In this document: positions 28,936 to 39,126 of the stretch, in pieces | Layout: every line of letters starts with the position of its first letter | Position numbering within the stretch: the first letter of the stretch is position 1 | From: a virus | Lineage: Duplodnaviria > Caudoviricetes | Reading direction: 5' to 3' (one strand) | DNA: 64,000 nucleotides | Virus record (IMG/VR): IMGVR_UViG_3300025392_000232 | Location: 31,129 to 95,128 of that record | Made by a program: the position numbers and the translations under genes | The notes under the pieces: model-generated | Seen by the model: only the letters and a program-made list of their open reading frames with translations | The model's database searches: none | What the model was told of the DNA's origin: nothing

Positions 28936-29344
28936 ATTCTACCCTTACACAATAGCAACGACCATTGCTTTTTTCTCTAATCAATTGATCGGCAAAATTG
29001 AAAGCATGTTCTGCAAATTTCTCTGCACCCACACCATCAAACATTCTAATTTCGGCTAGGCCTAATTCTTCTAGTTCTTGAAATTTGGCTAAGTGTGGAT
29101 CTGCCAAATCCAAAGCCAATTTGTGATCAAACTTGTCTTCAAGCCATGCTTTGAGTTGTTTGAGTCCACCAAAGTCTACTGCCCAATTTTTATCATCTAG
29201 TGTGTCGCAACCAAATGTAAATGTAAATGCTAGACTATAACCATGTAGCAAATGACAATGACTATGATCCGCATTGGGCTGTCTAAATACGGCACTCAAT
29301 CCAATGTTGTGTCCGTAATGTTTTGTACTGTAATATTTTGCCAT
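28895..29344 (-). CDS. queD: 6-carboxy-5,6,7,8-tetrahydropterin synthase / PTPS family
   Basis: HSHCHLLHGY, VDFGGLK, FDHK, GAEKFAE. Confidence 0.88.
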   Translation of the reverse strand: MAKYYSTKHYGHNIGLSAVFRQPNADHSHCHLLHGYSLAFTFTFGCDTLDDKNWAVDFGGLKQLKAWLEDKFDHKLALDLADPHLAKFQELEELGLAEIRMFDGVGAEKFAEHAFNFADQLIREKSNGRCYCVRVECAEHGANSAIYEG

Positions 29345-29408
29345 CTTTCATTTCCTTTAAGATGACACGCAGAGTTTATAATGCGGGATGAGCGTCTAAG
29401 TCCGCAAT
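29338..29408 (-). ncRNA. Candidate preQ1-class-I-like riboswitch leader of queD
   Basis: UGCGG-ACUUAGACGCUCAUC-CCGCA-UUAUAAACUCUGCGU followed by a hairpin over the SD and AUG. Confidence 0.4.
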
Positions 29409-29444
29409 ATAGTTATTATACAGGTTTATTTAGTAATAGCAAGA

Positions 29445-30854
29445 CTACTGAGCATCGATTCTGCCAAAGCCTGCCCATTCACCCGGTGTACCTGAAGTAA
29501 TACATACCCAACCAAGATAACTGCCTACTTGCGGATTTTGATTCCAGCAAATATCACCTTTATTGAATGTCCCACTAGTTGGGATAGTCATACTATTAGT
29601 AAAACGTTTTTCGCCAATATGTACATCACCATTTACTGCAAAGTTAAGATCTGCGTCAGGGTTATTAATGTTTACACTTAGTTTACCAAATACTTTTACA
29701 GGTTTAGTTTGATCAGATTTATCTCCAATGCTAACTTGGGTACCATCACCATAAACAACTTCTTTTTCATTTACAGTTAGTTTGATTTGTTTGCTAGAGT
29801 TAATTTGATTATTACTCAGAGATAAACTTTGTGTACCGTCATTAAGTGTAATATTATCAACAATAATGTTACTAAAACTAGCATCGCCTGCAACACTTAA
29901 CGATTCTAGTACACCTACATTAACTAGATTAGAATTTAATATATTTGAACCGAGACTGTTGCTAGTAATTACAGATTTGCCATCGATATAGTAACATTGG
30001 TCGGCACCTACTTCGATACTTTCACTTGAGTATAATCTTTCAGGATTTTCTAAAAGGATTAGTTGTCTTGTACGATCTTCTCTTGCCCATAATAGTCCAA
30101 GCCCGTAGATATCAGTATCGCGTCCTGCAAAGAATTGCAATGGGTGACTACGATCAATTCTATTGTCTGTTTGTATGGATTCTACTGTTAAAGTGCCAGC
30201 GATATGTAAGTTTCCAACTACAGTAACATCGCCGCTATTCTTAACAACAATACGTTGCTGACCGTCTGTTATCAACGCTAAATCGTGATTGCTATGTGTT
30301 CCGATTGTAGCTAAGTTTACTACAGGACTACCAATAACAATATTAACATTATTATCTAAAATATCGATACTTGCGGCTGGCTCTTCATTGCCAATACCTA
30401 AACGATTAAACGAACTATTAAAAAACGCAAAATCGCTAATTACAGCATCACCGCTTACTTCTAAACTAGATAATGTTCCAATTTGAGTAAGATTACTTTT
30501 AGTAATAGTACGGCCTAGTTCGCCAGCACTTAGTACAGGAATATCATCAATGTTAAAACTAGATCCTTGGGCTAAATCAATTATGCCATTAGTCCATAAA
30601 CGTCCGCCGGTACGATAGATTAATTGTGTGTTACCGCCACCCCAAGTCCAGCTAAATCCCTTACCAGCTAGGTCTGTTTCTAGATTAACTATCCAATCAC
30701 CAACATTATTATTGTTTTGCGAGTCGCTTACAACAAGTTTACCAACGGTTACTGTTCCGTTGATTGTATAATCGCCGTTGTGTACAAACTCGCCTGTTGA
30801 ATTGGCCAGCTCTGAATTTAACAGTTGTACTATGCTATCTTGAATTTGGGTCAT
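29445..30854 (-). CDS. Putative virion structural (fibre-like) protein
   Basis: Duplicated LGxxIxxSNLxxxGxLxSL module; C-terminal GDICWN...GWVCITSGTPGEW; late promoter upstream. Confidence 0.65.
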   Translation of the reverse strand: MTQIQDSIVQLLNSELANSTGEFVHNGDYTINGTVTVGKLVVSDSQNNNNVGDWIVNLETDLAGKGFSWTWGGGNTQLIYRTGGRLWTNGIIDLAQGSSFNIDDIPVLSAGELGRTITKSNLTQIGTLSSLEVSGDAVISDFAFFNSSFNRLGIGNEEPAASIDILDNNVNIVIGSPVVNLATIGTHSNHDLALITDGQQRIVVKNSGDVTVVGNLHIAGTLTVESIQTDNRIDRSHPLQFFAGRDTDIYGLGLLWAREDRTRQLILLENPERLYSSESIEVGADQCYYIDGKSVITSNSLGSNILNSNLVNVGVLESLSVAGDASFSNIIVDNITLNDGTQSLSLSNNQINSSKQIKLTVNEKEVVYGDGTQVSIGDKSDQTKPVKVFGKLSVNINNPDADLNFAVNGDVHIGEKRFTNSMTIPTSGTFNKGDICWNQNPQVGSYLGWVCITSGTPGEWAGFGRIDAQ

Positions 30855-30886
30855 GGAAAATACTCTCTTTTGAGTATTTATCCATG
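30852..30886 (-). promoter_or_regulatory. Late promoter embedded in a start-codon-sequestering hairpin
   Basis: CATGGA-AAATACTC / GAGTATTT-a-TCCATG inverted repeat; TAAATA at 30875-30880. Confidence 0.7.
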
Positions 30887-30898
30887 TTTGCTAGACCC

Positions 30899-32098
30899 TT
30901 ATGCTACTTTTAGCAGTATTATGTCTTCGTTAATGCGTCCATTCATTTTAGTGTCTGTAGCATTAATGTCTTCTAAGAACTTGCGTAGTTGTACTTTACC
31001 TGCGGCTTTGAACTCTTTGAGCTTTTCCTCGGGCTTGCGTACAGTCTTTTGAATACTTTTGAATTCATCAAATCCTGTAATTGTAGTGCCCTTGACCCCC
31101 AAGTCGTTAAATTCAGAGGCCACATACTTGCCCAATTTACGTGTCTTAGTGTTAAAGATCCAAAGTTCCTTAGTACCAATGATATCGGCAGGGTTAATGG
31201 ACACTAACTTCAACGGCTCGTTCGATTTCATGTACTTGAGTTTGGCAACCAATTTCTCTTTAGGAACCGACTTCTTAGCACGTGGAGCACGATTAACTTT
31301 GGCTTCTTGTGCAAGCATATCACAGGCACTCATAATCTCTTGATAAAATGCAATCAAATTCTTAATTTGCTTCTTTGTACGATGGGCATAGCCCTCACGT
31401 AGCTGTTCATCTGCCTTGCCGGATGCCAACTCCTCCAGTTCAGCTAAATCCCTGCTGTAGAGGGTTTTAATAAGTCTAGCATGTGCGGCTTTGACTTGTT
31501 TTCCCTTGAGCAAGTTCAAAACTTTGAACGCTTTTGGATCAAAGTTTTCTGGATCATTTTGAAAACCTTCAATGGCATCTTCCAACTCTTCAGTCATTCG
31601 GTAAGCGGCTTCTTTAACACGCTCTTGAATTGACGGTTGAACAACTGTAGGCTTTGCGGCCTCAGCGGCTTTTGCGTCATCTTCGTCGATATCGTTCTTG
31701 CCCTCTGCAATAACTTGTGCAATTTGACCACGCAACCAAGCGGCAGTGTCGCGTCCATCGTTAAAGTCTGCTCGAACTGCGGGCATACCGCGAAGCAAAC
31801 AACTAGCAATGGCACCCATTGTAGTGTTACAACGACCATCTTTAGTCTTCTTAAATGCTACGATGTCAGCTTTGGTACAGCCAATATCAGTCATCCATTT
31901 GATAACTGCGGGCTTCAAATCCTTGCCGCTAAATTCCAATCGGTAGTATTCCATAGCATGATGCCAGTGACGCAGAAATTGTTCTGCTGTCATCTTCTCG
32001 ACATTTTCCCAAACTGGGCTGTGATCTTTTACAGCTCGTGTGCGATGCGCAATTACCTGCTTTTTGGTAACACGAGTTTTGGTTGCTACTTTAGCCAA
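30899..32098 (-). CDS. Early phage hypothetical protein (TTG start)
   Basis: AGGAG SD and a consensus sigma70 promoter upstream; basic C-terminal domain. Confidence 0.85.
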   Translation of the reverse strand: MAKVATKTRVTKKQVIAHRTRAVKDHSPVWENVEKMTAEQFLRHWHHAMEYYRLEFSGKDLKPAVIKWMTDIGCTKADIVAFKKTKDGRCNTTMGAIASCLLRGMPAVRADFNDGRDTAAWLRGQIAQVIAEGKNDIDEDDAKAAEAAKPTVVQPSIQERVKEAAYRMTEELEDAIEGFQNDPENFDPKAFKVLNLLKGKQVKAAHARLIKTLYSRDLAELEELASGKADEQLREGYAHRTKKQIKNLIAFYQEIMSACDMLAQEAKVNRAPRAKKSVPKEKLVAKLKYMKSNEPLKLVSINPADIIGTKELWIFNTKTRKLGKYVASEFNDLGVKGTTITGFDEFKSIQKTVRKPEEKLKEFKAAGKVQLRKFLEDINATDTKMNGRINEDIILLKVA

Positions 32099-32129
32099 TT
32101 TTAGCTCCTGTTGTGTTTAACATGTGTAT

Positions 32130-32158
32130 ATTATACTGCCAATTGGTTATCATGTCAA
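32130..32158 (-). promoter_or_regulatory. Consensus sigma70 early promoter
   Basis: TTGACA-17-TATAAT. Confidence 0.9.
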
Positions 32159-33037
32159 CCGCTCATTTTCCTTAATAAATTTGAAAATTTCATGGGCCAT
32201 CAGTCTATAACCTTCTCTGCTAGGATGCATACAATTGGTAATGTATTTTGAAGGCCATTCCAATTTTGAGTAATAATCGTGATATGCACCCAACGCCAAT
32301 TCTTCGTGATTTTCGTGTCCTTCAAACTTCAGTAGCAAATGCATAAAGCTGTTACAATTTTGGGGATATAAGAAGTTGCCCCACGGAATAGAATCAACCA
32401 AATCTGTAAAGTCTCTATCTGTTTTATTAATATTTTTAACAAATGAATCTCTCGTAATCCTTTGATCAAACGCACTAGCAATTATTAATTGCCAGCCATT
32501 GGCTTTACAAATCATTTCGGCTTCACGTAAGTTTAATAATGTTTCTAATGCTACAAATCGTTCACTCCAAATATCTTCTGCGTACACAGTCCATAAAGAT
32601 TTATTAGTGGTATTCTTATCCCACGGATTTGGCCACATGGCAAAGAAGTGTGATGTGTCAGGAAAGTCTCGATTAATAAAATCAAATCTTTCCATGCCAC
32701 TTAACATATACACTACAATTACTTCGCTAGCATTACTAAGTTTGATTTCAGGATTAAGATACAGTTCTTTAACAGATGCGCGATTACCCCTGCCCATTTG
32801 ACCTAAGTTAATAGGAAGCCAGCCGTGTAAGTAACGATTGCACAGTTGAGATACCCAACTGTTTTCATACATTTCAGATTTAATACTATCAGGTATGTTT
32901 AATGGATCTATCCATCCATTAAATTTTTTATATGTTTCGTCACTCCAGCTACCGACACCTTGGGTAAAACTATCTCCCAATCCTACTATAACTTTAGCAC
33001 CCTTGTGTATTTCAGGTAATTCTCTAACCCACATCAC
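32150..33037 (-). CDS. SGNH/GDSL hydrolase-like protein
   Basis: GDSFTQG, NLG...GN, HPSREGY. Confidence 0.7.
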   Translation of the reverse strand: MMWVRELPEIHKGAKVIVGLGDSFTQGVGSWSDETYKKFNGWIDPLNIPDSIKSEMYENSWVSQLCNRYLHGWLPINLGQMGRGNRASVKELYLNPEIKLSNASEVIVVYMLSGMERFDFINRDFPDTSHFFAMWPNPWDKNTTNKSLWTVYAEDIWSERFVALETLLNLREAEMICKANGWQLIIASAFDQRITRDSFVKNINKTDRDFTDLVDSIPWGNFLYPQNCNSFMHLLLKFEGHENHEELALGAYHDYYSKLEWPSKYITNCMHPSREGYRLMAHEIFKFIKENERLT

Positions 33038-34284
33038 TTGTCCTTAAAATAATCGTTATAATAATTTATCAATTCGGTATGTGCCTTTACATCTTTATGT
33101 TCGCTAGCACAGAACACTTGATAGTTATGTTCTAAAATGTTGCGCATGGATTCATACCATTTGACTTTATCTTCAATAGCATCTATTTGTTTAATAGCAC
33201 TAATAATTGCTTCAAATCTTTGAAAAGTGGGCAAGTCATCGTAACTTTCATCTATAAAACCTTCAAATGTTTTGTAACCCATTTCTCTTAATTTTTTAAG
33301 ACTGCCACGATTACCTAATATGATGAATGGATGCATACACGCAATAGGTTTAAAAATCTTTTCACTTAAGAATAATGTATGTTCGCTATCTACAAAACTA
33401 GCTTCGCTTACCACGCTTACCCATGTATCTAAACAAACTTTATCTAGTATGCGATTAATATAATGCTGATCGTCTTTAACATTATTAGGCTCACCGTGTA
33501 CTACTAATGGTAATAGTTTCCCTGCTTCTTCTAACAATGCTTGCGGAGGTTTAACTCCGTCAATATTAGGTATATGTGTGCCGTAACTGTTAGTACTGAC
33601 TAAACCTGAGTCTAGCAAGTTATTTTTATATAGATACAAGTAAAACCAACTACGGTGAACACGTTGCCGTTTTTGCAAACAGTTATATGTTTTAATTGGG
33701 TTGGTAAGTTTATATTCTAAATTAGCATCAAAGTTGGATACTAAATTCATACGTTTGGCAATTTGTTGTATGTCACGTTCAAAGTGCATATAAGGAATAA
33801 CTTTTATCCTATCTGATATATGATTGTACTTAGCCCATTCGTTATACTGTTCGTCGGCTATCATATTGCCGGTAACATATACTATTGCTTGCGGTGCAAC
33901 ATTATATTTGTTACAATCCTCATGGAAGAATTCCCATAGCCATTCTGTTTGGTAGCCTTCTAGGCTTTGATCTAACACTAGTAATGCCTTACCTTGTTGT
34001 AATCGTTCTAGATATTGTGTACTAATATTTTCTAATACACTTGTACCCGAGTACTTACCAATAGCCCAATCGTCTGGATGATGGTTAACACCCGATGCTA
34101 TGATACAGTTGTTGGGTATTTGGTCGCTAGAGTATACACGACTATTGCCGGAATATTTTACTCTACGGGTTAATGCACTGGCAATAACCGCAGGCGCAAA
34201 ACGTCTAATGCCCGACTTGTTTACATCCGGGCATTGAGTGAAGTTCGTTATATTATTAGTATCTTCAAATACAAAGTTTATCAC
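33034..34284 (-). CDS. Hypothetical protein, possibly glycosyltransferase-like
   Basis: VVSE...LSEKIFKPI...HPF...GYKTF...DESYD C-terminal motif; adjacent to an epimerase. Confidence 0.5.
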   Translation of the reverse strand: MINFVFEDTNNITNFTQCPDVNKSGIRRFAPAVIASALTRRVKYSGNSRVYSSDQIPNNCIIASGVNHHPDDWAIGKYSGTSVLENISTQYLERLQQGKALLVLDQSLEGYQTEWLWEFFHEDCNKYNVAPQAIVYVTGNMIADEQYNEWAKYNHISDRIKVIPYMHFERDIQQIAKRMNLVSNFDANLEYKLTNPIKTYNCLQKRQRVHRSWFYLYLYKNNLLDSGLVSTNSYGTHIPNIDGVKPPQALLEEAGKLLPLVVHGEPNNVKDDQHYINRILDKVCLDTWVSVVSEASFVDSEHTLFLSEKIFKPIACMHPFIILGNRGSLKKLREMGYKTFEGFIDESYDDLPTFQRFEAIISAIKQIDAIEDKVKWYESMRNILEHNYQVFCASEHKDVKAHTELINYYNDYFKDK

Positions 34285-35282
34285 ATTAATCTATCTTTCC
34301 AAGTAGTTGGAGTTTTATCATTAACAATCTCTAATGGGAATGTATAGTCAAATGGTTTTGTTCCTCTGCTACGTATCCAATCAGCAGTGGCTTTAATAGA
34401 AGTTTTTAAATCAACTGTAGTTTTATAACCGAGTACATTTCTAGCTAAGTTAGCTGAACAAGTTGCAATCTTAACTTCTTTTGGACGATCTGGTAAGTAA
34501 ATCGGGTCGCCGACAAAATCACATTCTTCTGCAACTAATTTTGCTAGTTCGTTAATAGTAACAGTACCTTCATCAGGCCCGATGTTGATTACTTGCTCAA
34601 TAAGATTTTCATCTAATATTAATTTTTCTAAACAATATATGCAGTCGTCAATATAACTAAAGCAACGTGCCTGTGTGCCATCTCCGTAAATGTATGCAGG
34701 TTTGTTCTGCAAATTACGATTGATCATAATACTCATAACATTACGGAACGGGTCATCGTAGCGTTGACGTGGACCTACAATATTATGCGGGACAGCAATG
34801 TTCCACTCCATGCCGTGTGTCTGGCATAACGATACAAGTGTATTTTCTACTGCTACTTTAGCAATACCATACGGATCGCATGGTTGTGGAGTAAACCATT
34901 CTTCGAACGGAGCTTCCACGTTTCCGTATCTTGCCATACTTGAGCAGAATACAAAACGTTTTACCTTAGCACGGATAGCGGCACTGATAGTAGATATACT
35001 TGCTTGATATATATTTTTAGTAATAAAGTTAGGACTGAATACACTTAGCCCTTCATGTGCGGTGGCGGCACAATGCACAACAGTATCACAGTCCTTCATG
35101 GCATCTGTCATTTCAGCAAGACTACAACAATCGATATTATAGAACTTTACTTTAGAATTAATATTATCAACATACCCGCCTAATAAATTATCATTGCCTA
35201 CTACGGTATGCCCTAGCTCGATCATACGATCTGCTAAATGGCTACCTAGGAACCCTGCAACTCCTGTAATAAAAATCTTCAT
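34281..35282 (-). CDS. NAD-dependent nucleotide-sugar epimerase/dehydratase
   Basis: GVAGFLG Rossmann motif, SSMARYG, YGIAK. Confidence 0.92.
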   Translation of the reverse strand: MKIFITGVAGFLGSHLADRMIELGHTVVGNDNLLGGYVDNINSKVKFYNIDCCSLAEMTDAMKDCDTVVHCAATAHEGLSVFSPNFITKNIYQASISTISAAIRAKVKRFVFCSSMARYGNVEAPFEEWFTPQPCDPYGIAKVAVENTLVSLCQTHGMEWNIAVPHNIVGPRQRYDDPFRNVMSIMINRNLQNKPAYIYGDGTQARCFSYIDDCIYCLEKLILDENLIEQVINIGPDEGTVTINELAKLVAEECDFVGDPIYLPDRPKEVKIATCSANLARNVLGYKTTVDLKTSIKATADWIRSRGTKPFDYTFPLEIVNDKTPTTWKDRLM

Positions 35283-36640
35283 AGTTTGCTACACATATTA
35301 TAAAATTCCAGCATCTCTGGAAATGTTTCTGCAAAGTTAGTATTACGGCGTACATCGTGTTCAGTAAACCAGTTGTAAAAATCTTTGCGGCCTTCTTTTA
35401 ATTTATCATCTGGATAAACAGTAGTCTCCATATATTTGACTACACGCCTAAACTTTTCGTATTCAATTTCTGTAAATTGATTACTAGCATTGTTATTTAA
35501 ATTTGCTTGCATAAAGGCTAGACTTTCATCCATATAAGGCATAAAATCTTCTTTGGGCAATATATTCATATCGTATTGTAACGGTTCCTTTAGATAAGGA
35601 GTATCAAAACGAATACGATGCTTACCTGTTTCATACCAGTCATACTGGGTACGCCATTCAAGCAACTTTTCTAAAAATGATCTAAAACTGCTTACAGCCA
35701 GTACATTAAATGTAATCATGAATGTAAGCGGATTATTTGTTGTACTTAGATAGGTATGGAAATTTTCCTGCCATGCTTCTAAATTTAGACCAGTACGTAT
35801 GTACTCGGCTCTAGGACCCCAAGTGTCTAAACTAGTGAATAGTTTGAAACTACGGATCTTACCTTCGCTACGCAATTTTTCTACTTTCTCTGCTAGACGT
35901 TTAACCAGTACAGGTTTAACACCTAAATTACTGTTAATGTTTAATTCTAAATTAGGTAGTGGATTCTTGTCCAAGTCTTCTAGTAAGCGCCATGTACTAG
36001 CTTGTAACAACGGCTCGCCGCCTGTAACACGTAAGATGTTTAAAGTTTGCTTGACTTGTGGCCACCACTTCCACCATGCATCTACATAAGGATTTGATTC
36101 TTCTTCGTAGATAATAAGTTTGTCTATACCAAAGTGGTGATTCTTAACAGGATAAGGCCCGTATTGTTTTATTTCTTTATAATAAGCACTGGACGCTTTT
36201 GGGTGACAGTACCCGCATTTAAAATTACACTCATTGCCAAAACTTACTTCGATATATTCTGGATTAATATTAAAGTCGGGCCCCTCGTTGAAAATCTCAT
36301 CAAAGCGTTCTTTAGTGTAGATACCAGCATTACGTTCATGCCTGTCGCTAATGTAGTCTGCACCTAATGCTTCTATATTCCAGCAGTACTGACATCCGTC
36401 TGGCTTTTCGCCGTTAAGCATAAGAAGACGTTGTGTTTTCTTTTCACTAGTGTTGTGTATAGCACTAGGATTTGTTTTAATTTCTTCTAGTGGAATAGTA
36501 TGTGGTGCTGGATGATAGCAACTATGTGTTTCGCCCGACTGTAAGTAGATAGTCGTATGATGCCACTTAGCCAAACAAAAAGTTGGACTAAGTGTATCGG
36601 TTATATTTTTTATCTCTATAATGCGTTTTTTAGGATCCAC
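35279..36640 (-). CDS. Radical SAM protein with an N-terminal SPASM/twitch-like Cys domain
   Basis: CNFKCGYC, GGEP; N-terminal C...SCYH...CQYC. Confidence 0.88.
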   Translation of the reverse strand: MDPKKRIIEIKNITDTLSPTFCLAKWHHTTIYLQSGETHSCYHPAPHTIPLEEIKTNPSAIHNTSEKKTQRLLMLNGEKPDGCQYCWNIEALGADYISDRHERNAGIYTKERFDEIFNEGPDFNINPEYIEVSFGNECNFKCGYCHPKASSAYYKEIKQYGPYPVKNHHFGIDKLIIYEEESNPYVDAWWKWWPQVKQTLNILRVTGGEPLLQASTWRLLEDLDKNPLPNLELNINSNLGVKPVLVKRLAEKVEKLRSEGKIRSFKLFTSLDTWGPRAEYIRTGLNLEAWQENFHTYLSTTNNPLTFMITFNVLAVSSFRSFLEKLLEWRTQYDWYETGKHRIRFDTPYLKEPLQYDMNILPKEDFMPYMDESLAFMQANLNNNASNQFTEIEYEKFRRVVKYMETTVYPDDKLKEGRKDFYNWFTEHDVRRNTNFAETFPEMLEFYNMCSKL

Positions 36641-36641
36641 A

Positions 36642-37475
36642 TTATGTCCATAGGCTTTGTCGAATTTTGATTAAACGAATCATCATTTCTTCTTCTTCTT
36701 TTTCATAAGCCTCTTCCATTTCACGAAGTGCTTTGTGTGCGGCTTCGCTTTTGGCCTTAAGCTCAGGGGTATCTTTGCCGCCACTCCAGCTTAGTTTGCC
36801 ACCGTTAGCCGCACGACTTTCTTCACAGTAGGTAGTCCAGCCACTGGCTTCATATGGGTCAGGACGATTACGATAGACAGTAGTCCACCAAGTATAAAGT
36901 TCGATAATCTCTTTAGCGGCCGTAGCTTGATAAGTTGGTTCTGCTAGATGCTTCTCGCCTTCGTCTAGGAATTCTGCATTAGTTAGTGTACTAGCCCAGT
37001 TCAGATACGCCATACCAGCTTCTGGACTGCGCCAAGTACGCCAACGCAACCAACCACTGCGATACCAAGGAACATCAAACTTTTTACGTTCCTCGTCATT
37101 CCACATTACATAGTGCCACGCTTGTTCGATTTCAACGAAGTTGACAAGTTCGTTAAAAAGACAAGGGAGAAACCTATTACCAACGTCACTCCAACTGCCA
37201 GGGCGGATATCACGAGTATCGGCAGTAAGAGCGTGACTCTTACTAACCCAACGATTATTGATGTAGTATCTGACGTCATTTAGTCGATCCGGTATGTAGT
37301 AAACAATTTTTTGTAGAATGTCTAATCCTTCTTCAGCTATCCAGTAACGGATAGGATGTGCGGCACCAGCAGTCTTATACCACTCGTCCCATTCTTCGCT
37401 AGTACCTGCACCTAGTTTAGGTGTGCCACGAAGCCAGTCTGCAAATTTTGAGCAAGTCCAATAATGTGATCTCAT
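36642..37475 (-). CDS. Trp-rich phage hypothetical protein
   Basis: Long ORF, operon-coupled. Confidence 0.8.
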   Translation of the reverse strand: MRSHYWTCSKFADWLRGTPKLGAGTSEEWDEWYKTAGAAHPIRYWIAEEGLDILQKIVYYIPDRLNDVRYYINNRWVSKSHALTADTRDIRPGSWSDVGNRFLPCLFNELVNFVEIEQAWHYVMWNDEERKKFDVPWYRSGWLRWRTWRSPEAGMAYLNWASTLTNAEFLDEGEKHLAEPTYQATAAKEIIELYTWWTTVYRNRPDPYEASGWTTYCEESRAANGGKLSWSGGKDTPELKAKSEAAHKALREMEEAYEKEEEEMMIRLIKIRQSLWT

Positions 37476-38998
37476 ATTACTACCTTATTTTTAATCCATT
37501 CGTCTACTGTAGGATACATTATAACATTTTTTTGATAGAATTCAACAGTCTTTTGGTGTAATTGTTTGCCTTCTTCCAAAAAAAGATAGTTAGTTTTTTT
37601 AAGATTAGCTGTATCAAACATGTTTAAACCTTGAATTACAGTAACCCATGCCGCACTACTGTATCCATGTGTCCGGGGTTGAGCAGTATTTTCTAAATAA
37701 TATAACTTCCAACCTTCTAGTTTTTCAGATAATGAATCTGGAATTCTAAATTGATCATAGCAGTGGCTCTTCCAAAATTCTGTATCATTCCTGTGTCCTC
37801 GATAATGAAGACACAAGTAGTCCCTGATATCAATAATAACATTCCAAATTTTGTCATTCATGATATCGAAATCTTCTTGTGTAGTATTGTGTGGATTCCA
37901 ATTACTATACAGACTTTGCAATGTATCTACAATTACTGCAATACCGTTGGCTTCTAACGGCTCCATGAATCCTGTACTTAGTCCTACACCAACAACATTT
38001 TTAACAATAAAGTTTTTCATCATACCAGGTTTGATGTTTAACTTTGCAATAGGTTCAATATGATTACCAAATGTATTGTGTATTTCTTCAAGTGCTTGAT
38101 CTTCGGTGAGATGTTCTGGATCATACAAATAACCGTTGCCGCTACGATGACAAAGATTAATATTCCAACTCCAACCATATTTCATAGCACGGGCATTAGT
38201 AGTAACTTGATATTTAGGTTCGTCCCACCAAGCAATCACACTTCGTGCAGGAAAATAATTACCAAAGTCTACTATTGGTTCTTTTAATACTTTACCTAAC
38301 AGTAAACTAGCAAATCCGCTACAATCAAAAAACCAATCTGCTGTATGAGACGATCCGTCTTTTAAAAAGATAGAGTTTATATTACCAGATTCGTCTTGAC
38401 CAGAATGTATGTATTCTCCCAGTATTAATTTTATACCTTTTGATAGACCTAGCTCTTTTAAGTACGCGGCATTTTCTCTACTTTCATAGTGCCACATACA
38501 TCCAATATCCAATGGACTAGTTGCATCCAATGGCACTCTGTTCTGTTTAATAAATTCTCCAGCATAAAATGCATCGGATAATGGAATGTCGTTAGCTATT
38601 AGTGTCTTAAAATATAATTCCTTACTTTGTAGTCCACTAGACCTATTCAATAAGTCTAGTATACTCATACTAGATAAATCAGAAAAATTTGATTCTATGC
38701 CATCTGGGATTAACTCGGTTTGTAGTGCATGGATGAATTCTGTTCCGACACCATTCCAATTGGTAAACTTTCCTCCTAGCTTGGGAGTAGCATTTACTTT
38801 TATCAACCAGTCGGCCACACTTATATCCAAGTATGCAAATAATTTTAATAGTGTTGATGTTCCACTTTCACCGGCTATAATTGGAGGGCGGTTTGGATCT
38901 TCAATTAATTCAATAGAAATATCTTTATAAGTCTTTTGTAAGAATAATGCCGTAAGCCATCCGGCAGTCCCGCCGCCAAGTACGACAATTTTTTTCAT
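37472..38998 (-). CDS. Flavin-dependent tryptophan halogenase-family protein
   Basis: GGGTAGW, GES, ATPKLG, DCSGF, WSWNI, GFMEPLEA. Confidence 0.88.
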   Translation of the reverse strand: MKKIVVLGGGTAGWLTALFLQKTYKDISIELIEDPNRPPIIAGESGTSTLLKLFAYLDISVADWLIKVNATPKLGGKFTNWNGVGTEFIHALQTELIPDGIESNFSDLSSMSILDLLNRSSGLQSKELYFKTLIANDIPLSDAFYAGEFIKQNRVPLDATSPLDIGCMWHYESRENAAYLKELGLSKGIKLILGEYIHSGQDESGNINSIFLKDGSSHTADWFFDCSGFASLLLGKVLKEPIVDFGNYFPARSVIAWWDEPKYQVTTNARAMKYGWSWNINLCHRSGNGYLYDPEHLTEDQALEEIHNTFGNHIEPIAKLNIKPGMMKNFIVKNVVGVGLSTGFMEPLEANGIAVIVDTLQSLYSNWNPHNTTQEDFDIMNDKIWNVIIDIRDYLCLHYRGHRNDTEFWKSHCYDQFRIPDSLSEKLEGWKLYYLENTAQPRTHGYSSAAWVTVIQGLNMFDTANLKKTNYLFLEEGKQLHQKTVEFYQKNVIMYPTVDEWIKNKVVI

Positions 38999-39126
38999 AT
39001 AAGGTCAATTCCGTATAGTTGTTGGAAACCGACTTTATACACTGAGAAATTAACTGCTTCTCTAAGTGTGTCGAACTTCTTTGATACAAGAGTACCACCT
39101 GTTAAATAATATCTTACTTTATACAT
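38995..39126 (-). CDS. 43-aa hypothetical protein (MYKVRYYLTGGTLVSKKFDTLREAVNFSVYKVGFQQLYGIDLI), not in the ORF track
   Basis: Fills the gap and overlaps both neighbours (ATGA coupling to the halogenase). Confidence 0.6.
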   Translation of the reverse strand: MYKVRYYLTGGTLVSKKFDTLREAVNFSVYKVGFQQLYGIDLI

